Assembly: GCA_002295925.1 (NCBI GenBank)
Contig: DBGO01000010.1
Coordinates: forward strand, 161,706-225,705
Direction of reading: 5' to 3'
DNA from: Flavobacteriales bacterium UBA852
GTDB lineage: Bacteria; Bacteroidota; Bacteroidia; Flavobacteriales_E; Vicingaceae
DNA length: 64,000 nt
Shown: positions 57,212 through 64,000 of the stretch, one piece after another
How the letters are laid out: each line of letters begins with the position of its first letter
Position numbering within the stretch: position 1 is the first letter of the stretch
Notes under the pieces: model-generated
Told to the model about the DNA's origin: nothing
The model's input: the letters and a program-made list of their open reading frames with translations, nothing else
Databases searched by the model: none
Translations under genes and position numbers: made by a program

Positions 57212-59417
57212 ATACATTTTCAATACGCATCACTTGAATTACACCTTCTACATTTCTTAATTTCTTCATCAAATTATCCAAATGAAAGGTATCGTGAACA
57301 AACACCATTATTTTCCCTTCAAAAATACCATCATTACTGTCAAAACTTATTGAGCGCATATTTACATTCAGTTCGTTACTGATAATTCTTGTTATTTCAT
57401 TAACAATTCCCACTTTATCTAAACCGGTAATTTTGATACCTGCCAAAAACGCAATTTGCTCTTGACTTGTCCAACGGGCTTTTACAACTCTATATGCATA
57501 ATTCGATAATAATTGCACAGCATTTGGACAAGTAGTTTTATGAATTTTTATTCCATCATTTATGGTAATAAAACCAAAAACCTCATCGCCCGGAATCGGA
57601 TTGCAACATTTGGCAAGTGTATAATCAAATTTCTGCATATCCTCACCAATCACCAACGTATCATCGGTTTTGCCTTTAATTTTAAGTATGTCTTTAAAAT
57701 CGTTGTTTTCTTTTACGGCTTTTTGTTCTTTTACAAGAATAAGTTTTCCTAGCTTTACTTCGTGTTTGGGGAAGTGGTGTAAATTTATTTTGCTGATAGC
57801 AATTTGATAAAACAAATCCAATGGTGTGGTAAGTTTGTAAAATTTGGTCAATGTCATATAATTTTCTTCTGTCAAATGAACACCCATATGCTTAAACTTA
57901 CGATCGAGCATTGCTTTCCCTTCTTTTGCCAACTCTTTTTTGTGTTCTTTGAGTGCTTGCTTGATTTTTGACTTGGCTCTTCCCGTTACCACGTATTTTA
58001 ACCAATCTTCTTTTGGTTTTTGTTTTTTGGAAGTAATAATTTCTACTTGGTCGCCGCTGCGCAATTTATGACTGATAGGCACCAATTTACCATTTACCTT
58101 TGCCCCCATACAATGGTATCCTACTTGAGTATGAATATGAAAGGCAAAATCCAAAGCTGTTGCGCCTTTTGCCAAATTATACATATCGCCTTTAGGGGTA
58201 AAAACAAAAATTTCGTCATCAAACAAATTCAGCTTGAAATCATCAATAAATTCAATGGCATTTTCGTCTTTAGCAGCTTGTTCCAATATTTCACGAATTT
58301 GCACCAACCAAGCATCCAATTGCGATTCGGCGTTATTTTCTTTGTATTTCCAATGTGCGGCAAATCCTTTTTCGGCAACCTCATCCATACGTGTGGTTCT
58401 GATTTGCACTTCTACCCATTTTCCGGTAGGGCTCATTACTGTTGCGTGCAATGATTCATATCCATTGGCTTTGGGTATGGATATCCAATCGCGCAAACGG
58501 TCGGGGTTGGGTTGATAAAAATCGGTAACAATTGAATACACTCGCCAACAATCGGATTTTTCTCTTTCGGGCGGACTGTCAATTATTATTCGAATGGCAA
58601 AAACATCGTAAACTTCTTCAAAAGGAATTTGTTTTTTCTTCATTTTATTCCAAATGGAATAAACCGACTTTGTTCTGCCTTTTATGGTAAACTTAAACCC
58701 TTGTTCTTCGAGTGCTTTCTTAATGGGCAAAGAAAACTTATTGATGAATCGCGTTCGTACTGCTTGCGATTTCTTTAGCTTTTGAACAATCTCGTTATAT
58801 GCTTCAGGCTCAGTGTATTTAAGCGATAAATCTTCCAATTCCGATTTAATACTGTGCAGTCCCAATCGATGTGCCAACGGTGCATATAAAAACAATGTTT
58901 CGCTGGCTATTTTTAATTGTTTTTCACGTTTCATCGAATCGAGCGTACGCATATTGTGCAAACGGTCGGCAATTTTTATCAATATTACACGTACATCTTC
59001 CGAAAGGGTTAGTAGAATTTTTTTGAAATTTTCGGCTTGTATGGAATTGGATATATCTTCTATTTCCGATATTTTAGTCAGTCCATCAATAATTTGACTG
59101 ACTTTTTGACCAAACATTTTTTCTATGTCATCCAGTGTAATATCTGTGTCTTCAACTGTATCGTGCAATAAAGCACACACTATTGCCGTGGTTCCCAAAC
59201 CAATTTCTTCGGCTACAATTCGTGCTACGGCAATGGGATGATAGATATACGGCTCGCCCGTTTTACGTCGCTGGTCTTTGTGCGCTTCAAGTGCTACATT
59301 AAAAGCTTTGCGAATGAGTGCTTTATCCTCTTTGGATTTTGAATATTTGGTAGCACGCAATAATCCTCGATACTGCCGCAGTATTTCTTTTTTTTCAGCT
59401 TCTAAATCAATATTCAT
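57210..59417 (-). CDS. bifunctional RelA/SpoT-homologue (p)ppGpp synthetase/hydrolase
   Basis: HD hydrolase motif (HPIAV…LLHDTVEDT), synthetase domain (YESLHATV), TGS and C-terminal ACT domains. Confidence 0.9.
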   Translation of the reverse strand: MNIDLEAEKKEILRQYRGLLRATKYSKSKEDKALIRKAFNVALEAHKDQRRKTGEPYIYHPIAVARIVAEEIGLGTTAIVCALLHDTVEDTDITLDDIEKMFGQKVSQIIDGLTKISEIEDISNSIQAENFKKILLTLSEDVRVILIKIADRLHNMRTLDSMKREKQLKIASETLFLYAPLAHRLGLHSIKSELEDLSLKYTEPEAYNEIVQKLKKSQAVRTRFINKFSLPIKKALEEQGFKFTIKGRTKSVYSIWNKMKKKQIPFEEVYDVFAIRIIIDSPPEREKSDCWRVYSIVTDFYQPNPDRLRDWISIPKANGYESLHATVMSPTGKWVEVQIRTTRMDEVAEKGFAAHWKYKENNAESQLDAWLVQIREILEQAAKDENAIEFIDDFKLNLFDDEIFVFTPKGDMYNLAKGATALDFAFHIHTQVGYHCMGAKVNGKLVPISHKLRSGDQVEIITSKKQKPKEDWLKYVVTGRAKSKIKQALKEHKKELAKEGKAMLDRKFKHMGVHLTEENYMTLTKFYKLTTPLDLFYQIAISKINLHHFPKHEVKLGKLILVKEQKAVKENNDFKDILKIKGKTDDTLVIGEDMQKFDYTLAKCCNPIPGDEVFGFITINDGIKIHKTTCPNAVQLLSNYAYRVVKARWTSQEQIAFLAGIKITGLDKVGIVNEITRIISNELNVNMRSISFDSNDGIFEGKIMVFVHDTFHLDNLMKKLRNVEGVIQVMRIENV

Positions 59418-59452
59418 ACAACTTGTTTGCCCAAATTAACAATCAGAAAATA

Positions 59453-60721
59453 TTATTTTGCCGGAAGAACTTTTGTAGCTACTTCGCCAAAACCTACGCG
59501 TACACCATCTTTTTCGGCATATCCTCGCATGATTACAGTATCGTAATCGTTTATAAATTTACGTTCGGTTCCGTCACTCATTTTTATAGGCTTGGTACCT
59601 CTCCAGGTAATTTCCAACATAGAGCCAAAAGAATCGGGATTCGGTCCACTGATTGTTCCCGAAGCCATCATATCGCCGGCATTAATGTTACATCCGTTTA
59701 CAGTATGATGTGCCAATTGCTGTGCCATATTCCAATACATATATTTGTAATTGGAACGACTGACTTGAGTTGCTTCAGCATTTTCGGGTTTAATGAAAAC
59801 TTCTAAATTGATGTCTATATTTTTGTTTCCTTCATACTTTAAATAAGGGAAAACCTCGGGCTCTTGTTTTTCTCCGGGTACTCTAAAAGGCTCCAACGCA
59901 TCTAATGTTACTATCCATGGCGATATAGACGAAGCAAAGTTTTTGGCTAAAAACGGACCTAAGGGTACATATTCCCACTTTTGAATATCGCGCGCCGACC
60001 AATCATTGAAAATGCACATACCGAAAATGTAATCATCGGCTTCGGCAGTTGAAATGCTTTCTCCCAACGGTTTTCCGTCGTAAGTAACAAAAGCCATTTC
60101 CAGTTCAAAATCCAACAAGCGACTTGGACCAAACACCGGCGGCTCATCATCTTTGGGTTTCATTTGCCCTTTGGGACGATAAATTTCCACTCCTGAAATT
60201 ATAATGGAAGAAGCTCTTCCGTGATAACCTACGGGAATATACTTCCAGTTTGGCAATAAAGCATTTTCAGGGTCGCGGAACATTTTCCCTACATTGGTTG
60301 CATGGTCAATACTGGAGTAAAAATCGGTATAATCACCCACATGAACAGGCATTTGCAACACTACTTGCTCAGGTGCAAAGAATATTTGCGATTGATGTTC
60401 GGAATTAGATGCCAACGGATGATGAGCATCGGAAAAAATATCACTGAGTTTATTGCGTAAATCGCGCGTAAATTGTTTTCCTCTTTTCATCATGGGGTTC
60501 AACACCGGCTGATTAAATAATTCCATGTCAAATTTCTCACCCAAGTAACCCAATCGTGCCAACCGGAAAATATCAACAATGGTATCGCCTATGCGTGTGG
60601 CAACATGCTTTTCATTGGTTGTGGTAAGAATTATTCCGAAAGGTATATTTTGAATTGAAAAGTCGGAATTTGCGGGAACGTTTATCCAAGATTTTAATTC
60701 GGGATTGTTTGCTCGTATCAT
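59453..60721 (-). CDS. fahA: fumarylacetoacetase
   Basis: 422 aa; N-terminal FAH domain (FSIQNIPFG), DYTDFYSS, GYHGRASS, ELEMAF and FNDWSARD motifs. Confidence 0.9.
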   Translation of the reverse strand: MIRANNPELKSWINVPANSDFSIQNIPFGIILTTTNEKHVATRIGDTIVDIFRLARLGYLGEKFDMELFNQPVLNPMMKRGKQFTRDLRNKLSDIFSDAHHPLASNSEHQSQIFFAPEQVVLQMPVHVGDYTDFYSSIDHATNVGKMFRDPENALLPNWKYIPVGYHGRASSIIISGVEIYRPKGQMKPKDDEPPVFGPSRLLDFELEMAFVTYDGKPLGESISTAEADDYIFGMCIFNDWSARDIQKWEYVPLGPFLAKNFASSISPWIVTLDALEPFRVPGEKQEPEVFPYLKYEGNKNIDINLEVFIKPENAEATQVSRSNYKYMYWNMAQQLAHHTVNGCNINAGDMMASGTISGPNPDSFGSMLEITWRGTKPIKMSDGTERKFINDYDTVIMRGYAEKDGVRVGFGEVATKVLPAK

Positions 60722-60790
60722 AATTTTCGCTTTTTGCGTAAAATTAACATTTTTGATTTCATCTTTAAGAATTTGCCTTCTATTAAAATT

Positions 60791-60822
60791 AAAAAAAGCG
60801 AGAAATATATTTCTCGCTTTTT
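60791..60822 (-). terminator. rho-independent terminator after the SBBP gene
   Basis: GCGAGAAATA/TATTTCTCGC perfect palindrome flanked by an A-run and a T-run. Confidence 0.7.
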
Positions 60823-60842
60823 AATCTAATAGTTAAATTAAA

Positions 60843-63203
60843 TTATTTTTCAACAATAATTTTATGTGTATTTAACGTACCTTTCTCACGAATAAAATAA
60901 ATGCCATTTGCAATATTTTCTTTTAGCGTTAGCGGTTTATTTTCAAATACTTGGTATATGTTTATTATTTTACCATTTATATCAATAAGTTCAAATTTAC
61001 TGTCATTTTCTGAAGAAATTGTAAATATTCCATTATTAATACTGGGAAAAACAGACCAATTTGATTTATTATCTATACCATTATTAACTGATGTATTATA
61101 AATATACATTTTTGTAACAAACACATCATCATTTCCCCCTCCATGTGTTGATTGATAAGCATTAGAAGTGACAGGGTAATTTAATGACAATGTTCTTCCT
61201 GCTATCACAATTTCCCCCGAATTATTTCGGGCTATGGCATACCCGTCTTCATTTTGAGTTCCACCCAGGTATGTTGAATAATACAAATATGAGCCGGTGT
61301 TATTTAGTTTACTTAGCACCACATCTGTTGCCCCCATATTTGAATTTTGATATGCTCCCGAAGTAATCGGAAAATTATTTGAAATTGAATTACCAACAAT
61401 ATAAGCATTATTATCATCATCTATGACTATAGAATACGCCTCATCTCCTGAAGTTCCACCTAAAAATGTAGAGTATTCAATATTAGAACCTAAAGTATTC
61501 ATTTTAGTAACAAAAATATCCATAACACCACCTCCAAAAACAGGTTGAACTGCGGTTGAAGAAGTGTAAAAATCTGAAGAATATGTATATCCCGTTACAA
61601 AGGCATTTCCTGCTGTATTTACAGCAATTGCTCGTCCAAAATCTCTATCAGAACCACCTAAATAGGTAGAATAACTTAAAGTTGTTCCTGATGAATTAAT
61701 TTTAGTTACAAAAGCATCTCTTAATGAACCTCCATAAGTTTGTTGCATTGCTCCAATAGTTACCGGAAAATCTGTTGACTTGGTTTCTCCGGTTATATAT
61801 GCATTTCCTGAACCGTCAACAGCTATTGAAAAGGCATAATCTTCATCACTACCTCCAATGTATGTTGCATATTGTAACGAAGAAGCATTACTGTTAATTT
61901 TTGCAATTACTGCATCTATGCTTCCACCGGAACTGGATTGAGCAACACCCGTAGTTACAGGAAAATCGGAAGCATAAGTATATCCCGTAATAAAAATATT
62001 TCCAGTTGCATCTACAGCAATAGATTTGCCAACGTCTAATCCGGTACCTCCTAAATATGTTGAAAACATCAAGTTTGAACCTGTACCATTTAATTTTGTA
62101 ATAATGATATTCCCCGAAGGATTAGTGTTGGTCTGAAATGTGCCTGAAGTTAAGGGATAATCACTTGAATTTGTATAACCAGTTATTATTACATTATTAT
62201 TAGCATCAAGTGCTATTGCTAATCCATTATCATCCGAAGCAGTACTTCCACCTATATATGTTGAGTATATTAATGAAGTGCCTGAACTATTAAGTTTTGT
62301 AATAAAAATATCATTATTTCCTCCGGCATAAGTTGTTTGGTATGCTCCAGCTGTAATATCATAATCAGTTGAAACTGTGGAACCAACAACATAGACATTT
62401 CCATTATTATCTATTTCTACATCATTTGCATAATCATAATTACTGCCACCCAAATAAGTTGAGTAAATTAACGGGTCAATGATTAAATCTTGAGATTTGT
62501 CATAGTCTCCAAGATCAAAAGTCCATTTACCATCTTTTAAAGAAATATACTTAGCATCAACTTGCTTATTATTTTGCTGATAAACTTTCAATTGAGCAAT
62601 TTCTACTTGCCCAAATCTTGTTGTAAAAACCAAATTATTGTTCTTATTTATAAATGTTTCATCACTTCCTTCAATATTGAAAATTATATCAGATGGGTCA
62701 GAACCCGGATGAACAATATAATCGTATCGTAAAAATCCTTTATCAAAATAATATCTGATATCAATTCCGTCGTAAACATTTTTCACAACAACTTCTTTGT
62801 ATAAATTGATATTTGAAACATGTTTTGCTTTATTATTACCTAAAAAGTAATGAAATTTCGCAGATAAATTTCCTACATTTTCTGTTTCAATATTTTGACT
62901 ATTTGAATTTTTTAATTTCATTAAAATTCGATGACCGATAACTTTAGTTGTATTATTCGTTTTATATTGAAAATCAGTCTCTAAAGAGTAAAAATTATAA
63001 TTTAAACCATACTTAGTTATCCATGCATCCATATTACCAAATCGAGCCAAATACAAAACATCCGAATGCCACTGACCTTTGTTTTCGATAAAAAAATGGT
63101 TATCAACTTTAAATTGTTTTAATTTACTTTTTTTTATATCCGATGCTTCTATAGATGCACCCATATTAAACGCAACTAAAAATAACAAGATTAATCTTTT
63201 CAT
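60843..63203 (-). CDS. SBBP (beta-propeller) repeat protein with T9SS type-A C-terminal sorting domain
   Basis: Signal peptide; seven ~65-aa repeats (YSTYLGGS…D…IAVD..GN.YITG.T.S.DFP.T.GA.Q…D.FVTKLN..G); C-terminal …FPSINNGIFTI…ANGIYFI…HKIIVEK. Confidence 0.85.
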   Translation of the reverse strand: MKRLILLFLVAFNMGASIEASDIKKSKLKQFKVDNHFFIENKGQWHSDVLYLARFGNMDAWITKYGLNYNFYSLETDFQYKTNNTTKVIGHRILMKLKNSNSQNIETENVGNLSAKFHYFLGNNKAKHVSNINLYKEVVVKNVYDGIDIRYYFDKGFLRYDYIVHPGSDPSDIIFNIEGSDETFINKNNNLVFTTRFGQVEIAQLKVYQQNNKQVDAKYISLKDGKWTFDLGDYDKSQDLIIDPLIYSTYLGGSNYDYANDVEIDNNGNVYVVGSTVSTDYDITAGAYQTTYAGGNNDIFITKLNSSGTSLIYSTYIGGSTASDDNGLAIALDANNNVIITGYTNSSDYPLTSGTFQTNTNPSGNIIITKLNGTGSNLMFSTYLGGTGLDVGKSIAVDATGNIFITGYTYASDFPVTTGVAQSSSGGSIDAVIAKINSNASSLQYATYIGGSDEDYAFSIAVDGSGNAYITGETKSTDFPVTIGAMQQTYGGSLRDAFVTKINSSGTTLSYSTYLGGSDRDFGRAIAVNTAGNAFVTGYTYSSDFYTSSTAVQPVFGGGVMDIFVTKMNTLGSNIEYSTFLGGTSGDEAYSIVIDDDNNAYIVGNSISNNFPITSGAYQNSNMGATDVVLSKLNNTGSYLYYSTYLGGTQNEDGYAIARNNSGEIVIAGRTLSLNYPVTSNAYQSTHGGGNDDVFVTKMYIYNTSVNNGIDNKSNWSVFPSINNGIFTISSENDSKFELIDINGKIINIYQVFENKPLTLKENIANGIYFIREKGTLNTHKIIVEK

Positions 63204-63353
63204 AACTTATGATTTAAAAATTTATTTTTGAGTGCAATATAAAAGAATTTACATTATTTTAAAAAATTATTTTTTTACAAATAGCAATTAAACTAATAAA
63301 TAGTAAAAACTCTATAATTGATTCATAATTACAATAATAATTGTAATTAAATG

Positions 63354-63361
63354 TATTTTTG
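63354..63361 (+). promoter_or_regulatory. candidate -7 box (TAttTTTG)
   Basis: Exact TAnnTTTG match 20 nt upstream of the tdk ATG. Confidence 0.45.
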
Positions 63362-63381
63362 AAATTATAAAAATTTAAAGC

Positions 63382-63960
63382 ATGTTTTTAGAGAATACCA
63401 TTAGCGGAAAAAAAAGAAAAGGTTGGATAGAGGTAATTTGCGGCTCGATGTTTTCGGGTAAAACCGAAGAATTGATTCGCAGAATGAAGCGTGCCCAATA
63501 TGCCAAACAAAAAGTAGAAATTTTTAAACCTGCTGTTGATGTTCGCTATGATGAAGAAAAAGTAGTGTCGCACGATGCCAATGAAATACATTCCACACCG
63601 GTAGAATCTTCGCAAAATATATTGCTTTATGCTACAGATGTGGAAGTTGTGGGTGTTGACGAAGCCCAATTTTTTGATATGGGGTTGATTGATGTTTGCA
63701 ACGAGTTGGCAAATAGAGGCGTAAGGGTAATTGTTGCTGGTTTGGATATGGATTATTTGGGTAAACCGTTCGGACCAATCCCTGGATTATTGGCAACAGC
63801 CGAATACATAACAAAAGTACACGCCATTTGTGTAAAATGCGGTGATTTGGCGCACCATTCGCACCGGATAACCGAAAACCAAGAATTGGTAATGCTTGGC
63901 GAAACCGACAGTTATGAACCGCTTTGTCGCGATTGCTTTGTAGATGTGATGAAAAAATAA
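63382..63960 (+). CDS. tdk: thymidine kinase
   Basis: P-loop [21 protein letters not shown], and C-terminal zinc ribbon cysteines (CVKCG…CRDC). Confidence 0.95.
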   Translation: MFLENTISGKKRKGWIEVICGSMFSGKTEELIRRMKRAQYAKQKVEIFKPAVDVRYDEEKVVSHDANEIHSTPVESSQNILLYATDVEVVGVDEAQFFDMGLIDVCNELANRGVRVIVAGLDMDYLGKPFGPIPGLLATAEYITKVHAICVKCGDLAHHSHRITENQELVMLGETDSYEPLCRDCFVDVMKK

Positions 63961-64000
63961 TTACTGTTTTTTTTTTTTGTGGAATATTTTTTGCTCTGCA

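Noticed and set aside
63204-63381. 178-nt very AT-rich spacer between the SBBP gene and tdk as a possible ncRNA or origin-like element
   Set aside because: I saw only a TAttTTTG promoter box and simple A/T runs, with no DnaA-box-like repeats or stable hairpins. It is most simply a divergent promoter region.

Overview
AT-rich, densely coding chromosomal segment with about 60 genes on both strands. It reads as Bacteroidota (Flavobacteriia/Cytophagia-like): T9SS type-A and type-B C-terminal sorting domains, TAnnTTTG -7 promoter boxes in front of many genes, almost no Shine-Dalgarno sequences, and neighbourhoods I remember as typical of the phylum (surE-lpxB, rbfA-lolE-like, dut-nucleotidyltransferase-TPR-DUF4292-M23). 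Most of the window is housekeeping: the tail of a caa3-type cytochrome oxidase operon plus SCO1, PBP2-RodA, RNase R, PheT, MiaE, RNase HI, DusB, ComM/YifB, GmhA, LpxB, SurE, Hsp20, Usp, RsmI, a SERCA-like P-type ATPase, Dxs, RbfA, a two-component pair, threonine aldolase, ClpP-ClpX, a RelA/SpoT homologue, fumarylacetoacetase and thymidine kinase. Two RNA genes are invisible to the ORF track: tRNA-Arg(CCT) at 24801-24872 (-) and a type-A RNase P RNA at about 44822-45203 (-). I saw no CRISPR array, transposase, integrase, rRNA or recognisable defence or toxin-antitoxin locus. The only clearly accessory stretch is the minus-strand five-gene block 14367-19379. It holds two paralogous secreted collagen-like proteins, whose GPQ/GPT/GPA triplet blocks are split by a Cys-flanked double thrombospondin-type-3-like Ca-binding insert and which carry different C-terminal heads. 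Each is followed by a small Lys/Ser/Asn-rich secreted protein, and the block ends with a PKD-containing T9SS type-B adhesin. This block is my best candidate for an undescribed surface-fibre system, but everything said about its function is inference. Other points worth a second look are a single-base frameshift splitting a cation:proton antiporter whose stop overlaps the P-type ATPase start (ATGA), an unusually strong SD plus an inverted repeat upstream of hsp20, an M19-dipeptidase-like protein with a very basic insert, and a coiled-coil-like insert in RodA. All product calls come from motif recognition by eye; no database search or folding program was available.
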